Of a stretch of 64,000 nt of DNA, positions 8,675-21,106 are shown in pieces. Every line of letters starts with the position of its first letter. The stretch's first letter is position 1. This stretch comes from Chloroflexota bacterium (GTDB lineage: Bacteria; Chloroflexota; Limnocylindria; QHBO01): positions 6,147 through 70,146 of the forward strand of contig JBDTNK010000002.1 in the NCBI GenBank assembly GCA_039933775.1, in the 5' to 3' direction. Both the position numbers and the translations under genes were made by a program. A model generated the notes under the pieces. The model worked only from the letters and a program-made list of their open reading frames with translations. It had not been told where the DNA came from and ran no database searches.

Positions 8675-11600
8675 GTGTCCGTTCGCTCTCTCCGTGTTCG
8701 CCAGCGCGCCGTGCAGGCGCTGCTGCTTGCCGCTCTCGTCGCGCTTCCCACCGTCGCGCCAGCGGCCGCGAAGCTCGAACCAGGCGTCGATGGCGCCGGG
8801 GAATCCGCCCGGCCCACCGTCGGTACGCTCGCCATGGACGAAGCGTCGCACCTCCTCGTGAGCGAGCTCGTGACCGGCGGCGCGTCGGCCTCCGACGAGC
8901 TGATCGAGCTCTACAACCCGACCGCGGCGCCACTACCGCTCGAGGGCCTCGAGCTCGTCTACGTCAGCTCGACGGGTGCCACGATCAGCCGCCGCGCCGC
9001 ATGGGCAGCCGGCGCGTCGAGCGTTCCATCGGGAGGTCACGTGCTCGTCGCGAACAGTGCCGGGGTCTTTGCGGCGATCGCCGATGCGACCTACGCCACC
9101 GGCATGGCGGCGACCGGCGGCAGCGTGGCCCTGCGCATCCTCGGCGCCACGACGGCGCTCGACGCGGTGGGCTGGGGCACGGCCACAGGGTCGTGGCTGG
9201 AGGGCGCCGTCGCCTCGGCGCCACCGGCCGGCTCCAGCCTGGAGCGCCTCCCCGGCGGCAGCGCCGGCTCGGGCCAGGACAGCGACGATAACCTCGCTGA
9301 TTTCACGGTGCGAGCCATTCCCGACCCACAGAACAGTGGATCCGTTCCAGTCCCAACTGGCGGCGGGGGATCGCCGACGCCGTCGCCAACGCCATCGCCA
9401 ACGACACTCGAGACGCCGGATCCCACCATGGCGGCCACAGCCTCACCGACGCCCGAGCCGACGCCTGAGGCAACAGTGGAGCCCACGACAGAACCTTCAC
9501 CGATCCCGACCGTTGCGCCGACCGCGACCACGACGCCGACGCCGAGCCCAGAACCGACGCCCACCGTGGTGCCGACACCAAGCCCAACGGCTGCGCCCGC
9601 GACCGTCTCGATCGCCAGCGCGCGCGAACTGCCAGATGGCAGCCCTGCGACGCTCGAGGGCGTCGCCTTGACCGGATCCGACTTCGCGGATGGCGGCGGG
9701 TTCGTTGCCGATGCCAGTGGCGGCATCGCGGTGCTCGTCACCGATGGCGCCTTCTCCCGCGGCCAGCGCCTGCGCCTGACCGGCACCGTCGACAACCGCT
9801 ACCAGCAGCGCACGCTGCGCGTGGCGGGGACAGATATCGTGCTGCTCGGCAGCGGCACGGACCCCGCTCCGGCGGTCCGCACCAGCGGCAGCATCGATGA
9901 ATCAGTCGAAGGCCAGCTCGTTCAGCTCGAGGCACCGATCGTTTCCGGTCCTGACGTCCTGAGCGGCGGACTTGCCTTCGGTGTCGACGACGGCAGCGGC
10001 GAGGCCCGCATCGTGGTCAACACGCCGACCGGCATCAGCACCGATGCATGGGAGCCAGGAGTCATGCTGGAGCTCATCGCGGTCATCGGCCAGCGTGACT
10101 CGAGCGGCACCGGCACGGCGGGCTACCGCGTGCAGCCGCGTGATGAGAACGATGTGCTCGCCGTGGTCGCGCCGCCCGACCCGACTCCCACCCCGTCGCC
10201 GTCCGCGTCGGGATCCGCCTCGCCGTCGGCCTCGCCATCCACTTCCCCGACGACGAGCGCCACGCCCAGCGCATCCGCCTCCCCGGGCAGCACGACGATC
10301 ACGATCGCGGCGGCCAGGGCCGCAGCCTCCGGAGCCGATGTGCGCATCCGCGGCGTGATCACGTCGCCGACGGGGCGCATCGAGCCGGGGTCTGCCGTCG
10401 TCCAGGACGGCACCGGCGCGATCCTGCTGCGGATGAGCGGTGGCGTGCCCGCGCTGGCGCGTGGCGCGCTGGTACAGCTGGACGGCACGCGCTCGACGAA
10501 GTCGGGGATGCTGACGCTGCGCGTCGACACGAGCCCGACGCTCCTCGGATCGCAGGCAGAGCCCGTCGCCATTCGACTGGCGACCGGCGCTGTTGGAGAA
10601 GCACGTGAGGCGCAGCTGGTCACGGTCCGCGGCGCGATCGGCGGCACGCCGCGCAGGTCCTCCGCCGGCTCGATCTCATTCGCCATCGACGACGGAAGCG
10701 GCGAGCTGCGTATCTTTCTCACCGCGGCCAGCGGCATCGGGGCCGACGGCCTGGCGCGCGGCGCCTGGATCGAGGTGACCGGCGTCCTTGGCCAGGAGAC
10801 GACCGGCAGCCAGCCCGATCGCGGCTATCGGATCCTGCCGCGCGATGCCGGTGACGTCCGAATCGTGGCTCCGGCAACGCCTGCCGGGGGACCAGGCGGC
10901 ACGAACGCCACTGGCGGGGGCGGCGGCGGGACGCTGGGTACCTCGACGCCGATCTTCTCGGCGGAGACACAGGACCTCTCCGAGGTCGGCCTCACCTCCG
11001 GGGAGCCGGTCGGGGCGACGCTCGTGGCGGGCTCGTGGCCGGAGCTCGGCCTCGCCGGCATGCTGTGGGACGGCTCGCGCCTGCGCGGCATCGGAACCAC
11101 GCCTGACGCGCTGGCTGCGATCGCAAGCATCCTCGACGGCAACGCGCTGCCCGCAGCGGTGGGCGTTGTCGCCACGCCGACCGACGACGAGATCGAAGGG
11201 CTCGGGATCGAGCTGCTCGCCTTCGGCACCGACGGTGCCCTCATGCGGGCCAGCGGCACACCGGCAGCGCCCGACACGAGCCTCGACGGCAGGGAACCCC
11301 TGTGGGTGACCCTCACCGGCCGGCTCGCGCGCCGTGACGGCTCCTCGTTTCTCGAGGCCGGCGGCCAGCGCGTGGCACTCGACGTGCGGTGCGCCGATGC
11401 CGCGCGCCTGCCCGCCGGAGGGCCGGCATCGGCTACGGGCATCGGCATCGGCGGCGCGACGCCGCGGATCGTGGTGCCGTGCGGCGGGATCGAACGAGCG
11501 CCGCAGCTTGGGGCGGGCACGAAGGGCCGCGGCCAGCTCGTCGGCCAGCCGTCATCGGCGTCGCGGAGCGCCACGACGGTGAACGCCGGTCCGCGGGGAG

Positions 11601-11866
11601 CAGACGGTGCCTCGCCGCTGTTGCTGATCGTGGCGTTGTCCGTCATCGGCCTCGCCGGGGCGTTGGCCGTCGCGTGGCAGCAGGGTGCCCTGAGCCGCTG
11701 GGGTGCCGCCCTGGGTCTGCCGCTCGCGGTGCCGCCCGATGCCGCCGACGCAGATGGCGAGGAGCCCGAGCTGGCGGACGGACCGGGCATGGCGAACGAT
11801 CGAACGCGCGACCTCCCGGCCGTGCCTCGCCTGAGCGTGGTGTCGGTCCGCGAGCGGTCCGACTAG
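8675..11866 (+). CDS. Large secreted/membrane-anchored protein: signal peptide, lamin-tail domain (LTD), Pro/Thr linkers, duplicated OB-fold-like module pair, C-terminal TM anchor
   Basis: GTG start 7 nt after GAGG. The signal-like N-terminus is RAVQALLLAALVALPTVAPAAA. The LTD pattern LLVSELVTGGASASDELIELYNPTAAPLPLEGLELVY...GGHVLVANS spans about 8843-9319. Two collinear units lie at 9605-10165 and 10295-10867. A TM segment, SPLLLIVALSVIGLAGALAVAW, lies near 11611-11683 and is followed by an acidic tail. Confidence 0.8.
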   Translation: MSVRSLRVRQRAVQALLLAALVALPTVAPAAAKLEPGVDGAGESARPTVGTLAMDEASHLLVSELVTGGASASDELIELYNPTAAPLPLEGLELVYVSSTGATISRRAAWAAGASSVPSGGHVLVANSAGVFAAIADATYATGMAATGGSVALRILGATTALDAVGWGTATGSWLEGAVASAPPAGSSLERLPGGSAGSGQDSDDNLADFTVRAIPDPQNSGSVPVPTGGGGSPTPSPTPSPTTLETPDPTMAATASPTPEPTPEATVEPTTEPSPIPTVAPTATTTPTPSPEPTPTVVPTPSPTAAPATVSIASARELPDGSPATLEGVALTGSDFADGGGFVADASGGIAVLVTDGAFSRGQRLRLTGTVDNRYQQRTLRVAGTDIVLLGSGTDPAPAVRTSGSIDESVEGQLVQLEAPIVSGPDVLSGGLAFGVDDGSGEARIVVNTPTGISTDAWEPGVMLELIAVIGQRDSSGTGTAGYRVQPRDENDVLAVVAPPDPTPTPSPSASGSASPSASPSTSPTTSATPSASASPGSTTITIAAARAAASGADVRIRGVITSPTGRIEPGSAVVQDGTGAILLRMSGGVPALARGALVQLDGTRSTKSGMLTLRVDTSPTLLGSQAEPVAIRLATGAVGEAREAQLVTVRGAIGGTPRRSSAGSISFAIDDGSGELRIFLTAASGIGADGLARGAWIEVTGVLGQETTGSQPDRGYRILPRDAGDVRIVAPATPAGGPGGTNATGGGGGGTLGTSTPIFSAETQDLSEVGLTSGEPVGATLVAGSWPELGLAGMLWDGSRLRGIGTTPDALAAIASILDGNALPAAVGVVATPTDDEIEGLGIELLAFGTDGALMRASGTPAAPDTSLDGREPLWVTLTGRLARRDGSSFLEAGGQRVALDVRCADAARLPAGGPASATGIGIGGATPRIVVPCGGIERAPQLGAGTKGRGQLVGQPSSASRSATTVNAGPRGADGASPLLLIVALSVIGLAGALAVAWQQGALSRWGAALGLPLAVPPDAADADGEEPELADGPGMANDRTRDLPAVPRLSVVSVRERSD
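9350..9604 (+). repeat. Low-complexity Pro/Thr/Ser/Glu linker-coding region inside the LTD protein gene
   Basis: It translates to SPTPSPTPSPTTLETPDPT...TPEPTPEATVEPTTEPSPIPTVAPTATTTPTPSPEPTPTVVPTPSPTAAP. A second linker lies at 10169-10294 (PDPTPTPSPSASGSASPSASPSTSPTTSATPSASASPGS). Confidence 0.85.
9605..10867 (+). repeat. Internal tandem duplication of a ~190-aa two-module unit in the LTD protein (units 9605-10165 and 10295-10867)
   Basis: The collinear matches at protein level are IASARELPDG..ATLEGV / IAAARAAASGADVRIRGV, FGVDDGSGEARIVV / FAIDDGSGELRIFL and GYRVQPRDENDV / GYRILPRDAGDV. Confidence 0.75.
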
Positions 11867-11909
11867 CGCATCGGCGATGATGGGGAGGGTCGTGCTCGGG
11901 CGCCCTCGT

Positions 11910-11939
11910 TTGACGCTCAGAATCGGCCGTTCCTATACT
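11910..11939 (+). promoter_or_regulatory. Sigma-70-like promoter upstream of the nucleoside phosphorylase gene
   Basis: TTGACG (11910-11915), an 18-nt spacer, then TATACT (11934-11939). Confidence 0.4.
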
Positions 11940-11977
11940 CCGGCGTCTTTGGAGCCCAGCGAAGCAACGAGGCGTGC

Positions 11978-12835
11978 TTGACCGATCTCACCCAGGCGGA
12001 CTCCCCGGCGACCGGCGGTCGCCAGTATCACATCGCGCTCGAGCGGGGTGAGCTGGCGGAGTACGTGCTCCTCGTCGGGGATCCTGGCCGGGTCGCGAAA
12101 GTGGCCTCGCGCTTCGATCGAGTCGACCTCGAGCGCAGCAATCGCGAGATCGTGACTGCCACCGGGGTGTACCGCGAGATGCCGATCTCGGTCATGTCGA
12201 CCGGCATGGGCACCGACAACATCGAGATCGTGCTGGCCGAGGTGATGGAGATCACCGATGGCGCCACGTTCATCCGCGTCGGGTCGTCTGGCGCACTGCA
12301 GCCGGAGATCGCGCTGGGGGACCTGATCGTCTCGACCGGGGCGGTGCGGCTCGAGAACACGACCGACTTCTATGTGCATCCGGGATACCCCGCCATTGCG
12401 CATCGCGAGGTGGTCTGGGCACTCGAGGCGGCGTGCCGTCGACTGGGCTACGGACACCACGTTGGAGTGACGGCCACCGCGAGCGGGTTTTACGCTCCGC
12501 AGGGACGCGCGATGCGCACGCTCCCGGTTCGCTATCCTGAGCTCGCCGAGGAGCTGCGGCGCCAGCGCGTCGCGAACCTCGAAATGGAATCGTCAGCACT
12601 CTTCGTGCTGGCAGGGCTCGCCGGGCTGCGTTCCGGTACGGTCTGCGCGGCATATGCCCAGCGGGTCGACGGAACGTTTCTGGAGGGAGCGGCGAAGGAG
12701 GCCGCGGAGTCTCGCTGTATCGATGCCGGGCTGGCCGGCATCCGTCTGCTCTGGGAGATCGACTCGAGCGCTGATGGAGCCGATCCCTTCGCGCGCTGGT
12801 CCGCATTGATCAGCCGCCCGGGCGGCGCGCCCTAA
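11978..12835 (+). CDS. Nucleoside phosphorylase (PNP/UDP family 1, uridine phosphorylase-like)
   Basis: 285-aa ORF with a TTG start. The sequence YHIALERGELAEYVLLVGDPGRVAKVA...ISVMSTGMGTDNIEIVLAEV...VGSSGALQ...NLEMESSALF is typical of DeoD/Udp-type phosphorylases. Confidence 0.8.
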   Translation: MTDLTQADSPATGGRQYHIALERGELAEYVLLVGDPGRVAKVASRFDRVDLERSNREIVTATGVYREMPISVMSTGMGTDNIEIVLAEVMEITDGATFIRVGSSGALQPEIALGDLIVSTGAVRLENTTDFYVHPGYPAIAHREVVWALEAACRRLGYGHHVGVTATASGFYAPQGRAMRTLPVRYPELAEELRRQRVANLEMESSALFVLAGLAGLRSGTVCAAYAQRVDGTFLEGAAKEAAESRCIDAGLAGIRLLWEIDSSADGADPFARWSALISRPGGAP

Positions 12836-12889
12836 CCGCATCCGGTGCCGGGATGTTTCCGGGACCGATCAAGAGGAGGCAACTCACCG

Positions 12890-13033
12890 ATGGCAACCGA
12901 AGCCTATTGCGTCAAGTGCAAGGCAAAGCGCGAAATGAAGAACGAGAACAAGATCACGATGAAGAACGGCAAGCCGGCGACCGAGGGCGTGTGCCCGGTC
13001 TGCGGCACCAAGATGTTCAAGATCGGCGGCTGA
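12890..13033 (+). CDS. Small zinc-ribbon protein (DUF5679-like)
   Basis: ATG 12890 is preceded by AAGAGGAGG with 10-nt spacing. The 47-aa product is MATEAYCVKCKAKREMKNENKITMKNGKPATEGVCPVCGTKMFKIGG, with CxxC...CxxC. A hairpin follows. Confidence 0.7.
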   Translation: MATEAYCVKCKAKREMKNENKITMKNGKPATEGVCPVCGTKMFKIGG

Positions 13034-13051
13034 TCGACTCGTTCAGCGTCT

Positions 13052-13082
13052 GTCGGCGCGGCTCATCGGAGCCGCGCCCGAC
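13052..13082 (+). terminator. GC-rich hairpin after the zinc-ribbon gene
   Basis: GTCGGCGCGGCTC, loop ATCG, GAGCCGCGCCCGAC, with one bulge. No U-tract. Confidence 0.45.
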
Positions 13083-13094
13083 GGCCACGAAGCA

Positions 13095-13148
13095 CGACCG
13101 CCCGCGGGCGTGCCGTCCACCGAGGACGGCGCTGCCGGCGGGCGGTCG
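13095..13148 (+). other. Nested perfect inverted repeats upstream of the ROK kinase gene
   Basis: CGACCGCCCGC (13095-13105) pairs with GCGGGCGGTCG (13138-13148). It encloses GCCGTCC-ACCGA-GGACGGC. Confidence 0.4.
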
Positions 13149-13174
13149 TCGCGTTCTCCGGTACACTTGCCGGT

Positions 13175-14191
13175 GTGCATGAGGTAGCCCCACGGCCGGT
13201 CCTTGCGATCGACCTCGGAGGCACCCAGATCCGCGCCGCTCACATCAGTCCGGACCGAACGATAAGCTGCCGACGCGCCGTGCCCACCGCCGACGAGGAG
13301 GGGACGGCAGCGGTCATCGACCGCATCTGCCGTCTGGCGGGCGATGTCCTCGAGGCGGCGCGGAAGCAGGGTCTGCCGCCGCCGGTCGGCGTCGGCATCT
13401 CCGCCCCGGGGCCGCTCGACCAGCGCGCCGGGATCGTTCTGTATCCACCCAACCTGCGTGGCTGGCGCGATGTGCCGCTCGCCGCGCTCGTCGAGGAGCG
13501 CCTGCACCTGCCCACCTTCCTGGAGCGGGACACGAATGTCGCGGTCATGGCGGAGTGGCGTCACGGCGTCGCACAGGGCGCCGATGACGTCATCTATGTG
13601 ACCGTCTCGACGGGCATCGGCGGCGGGATCGTCGTCGATGGTCGCCCCTTGATCGGCAAGGACGGCGCCGCCGGCGAGGTCGGCCACCTGACCGTGGAGC
13701 TCGACGGACCGGCATGCGGCGACGGCGCGCCGGGCCACGCAGAGGCGATCGGGTCCGGCACCGGCATCGAGCGCGCGGCACGCGCCCTGCTCGACCAGGG
13801 CGCTGCCCCGGGGCTCGCCGCCCTCATCGTGAACGGGCAGCCGGTGACCGCCGAGCTGGTCGCACGCGCCGCCGACGAGGGCGACCGCGACTGCGCGATG
13901 GTCATGGAGCGCGCCGGCGTGGCGCTGGGCGCCATGCTGTCGGGGCTCGTCAATGTCTTGAATCCGGAGATCATCGTGATCGGTGGAGGCATCGCGGAGC
14001 ATCGGCCACAGCTCTTCGACATCGCCCGCGCGGAGATCGATCGGCGGTCATTTGCACGCCCCGCGGCACGGGTGCGCCTCGAGCGACCACGCTTCGGGAG
14101 CGATGTCTCCCTGGTCGGCGCGCTGCCGATCGTCAATGAACGAATCCAATCCGCCGCCGATGGCGGCCATCGGTCAGAGGAGGACCTGTAA
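13175..14191 (+). CDS. ROK-family sugar kinase (glucokinase-like)
   Basis: The sequence is LAIDLGGTQIRAA...GISAPGPLD...VSTGIGGGIVVDG...GAAGEVGHLTV...CGDGAPGHAEAIGSG. TACACT (13162-13167) lies 7 nt before the GTG start. Confidence 0.85.
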   Translation: MHEVAPRPVLAIDLGGTQIRAAHISPDRTISCRRAVPTADEEGTAAVIDRICRLAGDVLEAARKQGLPPPVGVGISAPGPLDQRAGIVLYPPNLRGWRDVPLAALVEERLHLPTFLERDTNVAVMAEWRHGVAQGADDVIYVTVSTGIGGGIVVDGRPLIGKDGAAGEVGHLTVELDGPACGDGAPGHAEAIGSGTGIERAARALLDQGAAPGLAALIVNGQPVTAELVARAADEGDRDCAMVMERAGVALGAMLSGLVNVLNPEIIVIGGGIAEHRPQLFDIARAEIDRRSFARPAARVRLERPRFGSDVSLVGALPIVNERIQSAADGGHRSEEDL

Positions 14192-15202
<1,011 letters not shown>

Positions 15203-15210
15203 GGTCGCCG

Positions 15211-17711
<2,501 letters not shown>

Positions 17712-17724
17712 GCGATCCGCTCGC

Positions 17725-18495
17725 ATGTCGAACGCCGAGCTGACGCCGCACGCGCGTACCAACCGCGCATTCTGGAACGATCTCTCGGATAGTTACCAGA
17801 CGGACCATGCACCGCAGCTCGACGTGCACGGCGCGGCCTGGGGCGTGTGGCAGATCCCCGAGGATGAGCTGCGCATCCTGGGCGACGTCGCCGAGCGCGA
17901 CGTCCTGGAGCTCGGCTGCGGGGCTGCGCAGTGGTCTATCGTCCTAGCGCGCCGCGGCGCGCGGGCCGTGGGGCTGGACCTCTCCGAGCGCCAGCTCGAG
18001 CATGCGGCGCGCGAGGTGGCCAGGGCCGGCGCCACAGTCCGGCTGGTGCACGCCAGCGCCGAGGCAACCCCGTTCGGCGACGCCAGCTTCGACATCATCA
18101 TGGGAGACCACGGCGCGATGGTCTTCGCCGACCCGTATCGCACCGTCCCCGAAGCGGCGCGCCTGCTGCGCGATGGCGGCCTGCTCGCCTTCAGCATGCA
18201 CACGCCATTCGCCGATGCCTGCTGGCCGTCGGACGCCGACGAGCCGCTCGAGCAGCTGAGCGTCCCGTATTTCGACTTCCATCGCGTGGACGTCGGCGCC
18301 AGCGGGCACGTCGAGTTTCAGCTCACCTACGGCGCATGGATTCGCCTCTTCGCGGCACATGGGTTCGTGCTTGAGGGTCTCGTCGAGCTCCGACCCGCGA
18401 CGGACGCGACGAGCAGCTATCGCAGCGACGAGGCGCGAGAATGGGCTCGCAACTGGCCCATGGAGCACGTCTGGAAGCTTCGCCGCCGCCACTGA
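17725..18495 (+). CDS. Class I SAM-dependent methyltransferase
   Basis: ATG 17725 gives MSNAELTPHARTNRAFWN. SAM motif I is VLELGCGAAQWS, followed later by FDIIMGDHGAMVF. Confidence 0.78.
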   Translation: MSNAELTPHARTNRAFWNDLSDSYQTDHAPQLDVHGAAWGVWQIPEDELRILGDVAERDVLELGCGAAQWSIVLARRGARAVGLDLSERQLEHAAREVARAGATVRLVHASAEATPFGDASFDIIMGDHGAMVFADPYRTVPEAARLLRDGGLLAFSMHTPFADACWPSDADEPLEQLSVPYFDFHRVDVGASGHVEFQLTYGAWIRLFAAHGFVLEGLVELRPATDATSSYRSDEAREWARNWPMEHVWKLRRRH

Positions 18496-18510
18496 GCGGC
18501 AGCGGGACAT

Positions 18511-18550
18511 GAAAATGCCCCCGGGCACCATGTGCGCCGGGGGCATTCTC
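18511..18550. terminator. Bidirectional hairpin terminator between the methyltransferase gene (+) and rpsT (-)
   Basis: AATGCCCCCGG (18514-18524) pairs with CCGGGGGCATT (18537-18547). The stem is extended by GCAC/GTGC. Confidence 0.6.
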
Positions 18551-18567
18551 GTGGTCAGGCCGCGCCG

Positions 18568-19098
18568 TCAGCTCTCCGAGGTCTCGCCCTCGTCGCCCTT
18601 CGTGGCTCGGCGCCGTGCGGCGGCCGACTCGCGCGAGGCTCGCGTGACGGCGACCTTGGCTTTGCCGGCGGCGGTCCGCGGGCGATCCGCTGCGCGTCCG
18701 GCGGCTGCCTTGGATGCCTTGGCGGCCTGCACCTTCTTGCGCTGCACCGTGCGGCTGGCGGTCGTCTTGCGCTTCGGGCCGGAGACCGTCGCGGCCGCTC
18801 CCTCCAGCATGTCGGAGGCGTTGGCCTTGGTCATCAGGCGGCTCTTGCGGCGCGCCGCGTTGTTCGGATGGATGATGCCCTTCTCGGCGGCCTTGTCGAG
18901 CGCGCTGATGGCGGCAGCGACCGCCGCCGGACCATCGCCCTCGGCCTGGCCGAGCGCGATGCTCGAGGCGCGCTGGACGAGCGTCCGGGCCGCGCTCCGC
19001 GTGCGTTGGTTGACCGCGCGACGGCGGCGATCCTGGCGGACGCGCTTCAGGGCCTGGGGCGTTCGAGCGCCTGTCCAGGTCCGGGCTGTTCTTGCCAC
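18568..19098 (-). CDS. rpsT: 30S ribosomal protein S20 with a ~80-aa basic Ala/Lys/Arg-rich C-terminal extension
   Basis: GTG 19098 lies 6 nt after GAGGA. The S20 core is ALKRVRQDRRRRAVNQRTRSAARTLV...ALDKAAEKGIIHPNNAARRKSRL. It is followed by KRKTTASRTVQRKKVQAAKASKAAAGRAADRPRTAAGKAKVAVTRA... Confidence 0.85.
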   Translation of the reverse strand: MARTARTWTGARTPQALKRVRQDRRRRAVNQRTRSAARTLVQRASSIALGQAEGDGPAAVAAAISALDKAAEKGIIHPNNAARRKSRLMTKANASDMLEGAAATVSGPKRKTTASRTVQRKKVQAAKASKAAAGRAADRPRTAAGKAKVAVTRASRESAAARRRATKGDEGETSES

Positions 19099-19180
19099 GA
19101 ATGATCCTCAGCGAATTCGATGTGTGATGGCAATCAAAACGACGCGCCGCGCAGAGCTGGGGCACGTCGGAAGACGTCCG

Positions 19181-19209
19181 AGTATAGCATCGGTCATTCG
19201 AGGCGCCAA
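19181..19209 (-). promoter_or_regulatory. Sigma-70-like promoter for rpsT
   Basis: On the minus strand: TTGGCG (19209-19204), a 17-nt spacer, then TATACT (19186-19181). This leaves a leader of roughly 80 nt ending in the GAGGA SD. Confidence 0.45.
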
Positions 19210-19293
19210 TCCGCACGCTGGTGCGTCGCGTCGGAGGCCGGTCGGGGCCGGTCGTGGCGCGCATCATGGCGGCGTCCGATAGACTCTGGCCTC

Positions 19294-21105
19294 GTGATCC
19301 CGGCCCACCGCATTCGCAATTTCAGCATCGTCGCGCACATCGACCATGGGAAGTCGACGCTGGCCGACAGGCTGCTCGAGGCGACGCACACGATCGACAA
19401 ACGGCTCATGACGAGCCAGGTACTCGACTCGATGGACCTCGAGCGCGAGAAGGGCATCACGATCAAGGCGCGCGCCGTGCGGCTGCAGTACGACGCCGCC
19501 GACGGGCAGGCCTACGCCCTCAACCTGATCGACACGCCGGGACACGTCGATTTCACGTACGAGGTGAGCCGCTCGCTGCAGGCCTGCGAGGGCGCGATCC
19601 TGGTCATCGACGCGACGCAGGGCATCGAGGCGCAGACGCTCGCCAACGTGCACCTCGCCATGAAGCAGGACCTGGTCATCATCCCGGTCCTCAACAAGAT
19701 CGACCTGCCGAGCGCCGACCCCGAGATGGTCATGGACGAGCTCGAGAACACGCTCGCCATCCCTCGCGAGGAGGTCATCCTGGCGTCGGCCAAGGAGGGG
19801 CTCGGGATCGACGAGATCCTCGAGGCGATCGTGCAGCGCGTGCCACCGCCTTCCGGCGACCCCGAAGCGCCGCTGCAGGCGCTCGTCTTTGACAGCCACT
19901 ATGACCAGTACAAGGGCGTCGTGGCCTACGTGCGCGTCGCGAACGGCACGCTGCTCGACCACGAGCGGATTCGCTTCGTCGCCACCGATGCCGAGAGCGA
20001 GATCCTGGAGCTCGGCTATTTCCGGCCGCAGCCGTTTCCGACCAAGGCGCTGACCACCGGGGAGGTGGGTTACGTGGCGACCGGGCTGAAGAGCATCCGC
20101 GAGGCGCGCGTCGGCGACACGCTGACCAGCGCCGATCGCCCGGCCGACGAGGCGCTGCCCGGATACCAGGAGCCGCTGCCGCTCGTCTTCGCCGGCATCT
20201 ACCCGGCGCGCGGCGACGACTATCCGCTGCTGCGCGACGCGCTCGACAAGCTGCATCTCAACGATGCCGGATTCGTGTACGAACCGGAGTCGAGCGTCGC
20301 GCTCGGGTTCGGCTTCCGTTGCGGCTTCCTGGGACTGCTGCACATGGAGATCGTGCAGGAGCGCCTGGAGCGCGAGTTCGACCTCGACCTCATCGCCTCG
20401 GCGCCATCGGTCGAGTACCACGTGCGCTGCCTGAACCGAACCGAGGAGCTGGTGGTCGCCAACCCGGCGCAGATGCCGAATGCCGGCGAGATCGAGGCCA
20501 TCGGCGAGCCCTGGGTCGAGGCGCAGGTCATCACGCCGACCGCCTACATCGGTCCGCTCATGGAGCTCGTCACCGGGCACCGCGGCGAGTTCGTGAACAT
20601 GGAGTACCTGGACCCGCAGCGCGTCGACATGCACTTCGAGCTACCGCTGGGGGAGCTGATCATCGATTTGTACGACGGCCTGAAGAGCCGCAGCTCGGGG
20701 TACGCCAGCCTCGACTATCGATTCATCGGCTACCGCGAAGGCGACCTCGTCAAGCTCGACATCCTGGTCAATGCCGAGCCCGTCGACGCGCTGAGCCTGA
20801 TCGTGCATCGCAGCTCGGCGTATCGGTCGGGGAAGGCGCTGGTCGAGAAGCTGCGCGAGCTCATTCCGCGCCAGATGTTCGAAGTGCCGGTCCAGGCGGC
20901 CGTCGGCTCGCATATCATCTCGCGCGAGACCATCCGGGCGATGCGCAAGAACGTGCTCGCCAAGTGCTACGGCGGTGATATCACCCGCAAGCGGAAGCTG
21001 CTCGAGAAGCAGAAAGAGGGCAAGAGCCGGATGAAGCGCATCGGATCGGTGGAGATTCCGCAGGAGGCCTTTTTGGCGGTGCTGCGCATGAACGAGTCGG
21101 CCTGA
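19294..21105 (+). CDS. lepA: Elongation factor 4 (LepA)
   Basis: GTG 19294 gives [27 protein letters not shown], followed later by [13 protein letters not shown] and the LepA C-terminal motif [19 protein letters not shown]. Confidence 0.95.
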   Translation: MIPAHRIRNFSIVAHIDHGKSTLADRLLEATHTIDKRLMTSQVLDSMDLEREKGITIKARAVRLQYDAADGQAYALNLIDTPGHVDFTYEVSRSLQACEGAILVIDATQGIEAQTLANVHLAMKQDLVIIPVLNKIDLPSADPEMVMDELENTLAIPREEVILASAKEGLGIDEILEAIVQRVPPPSGDPEAPLQALVFDSHYDQYKGVVAYVRVANGTLLDHERIRFVATDAESEILELGYFRPQPFPTKALTTGEVGYVATGLKSIREARVGDTLTSADRPADEALPGYQEPLPLVFAGIYPARGDDYPLLRDALDKLHLNDAGFVYEPESSVALGFGFRCGFLGLLHMEIVQERLEREFDLDLIASAPSVEYHVRCLNRTEELVVANPAQMPNAGEIEAIGEPWVEAQVITPTAYIGPLMELVTGHRGEFVNMEYLDPQRVDMHFELPLGELIIDLYDGLKSRSSGYASLDYRFIGYREGDLVKLDILVNAEPVDALSLIVHRSSAYRSGKALVEKLRELIPRQMFEVPVQAAVGSHIISRETIRAMRKNVLAKCYGGDITRKRKLLEKQKEGKSRMKRIGSVEIPQEAFLAVLRMNESA

Positions 21106-21106
21106 G

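Noticed and set aside
8031-8933. 300-aa and 136-aa alternative minus-strand ORFs overlapping the 7748-8527 membrane protein gene
   Set aside because: These are out-of-frame overlaps with Arg/Pro-rich translations. The chosen frame has TM segments and a -10 hexamer placed correctly before ATG 8527.
9350-10294. Repetitive CCGACGCC/CCGAGCCC-type sequence that at first looked like a tandem repeat or array
   Set aside because: The repeats are irregular in period, lie in frame inside a long ORF and translate to Pro/Thr/Ser linkers. They have no CRISPR-like repeat-spacer structure.
19099-19293. Possible small gene or ncRNA in the rpsT-lepA divergent region
   Set aside because: The region is adequately explained by the rpsT promoter (TTGGCG-17-TATACT), its leader of roughly 80 nt and a lepA -10-like TAGACT. 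No ORF with translation signals is present.
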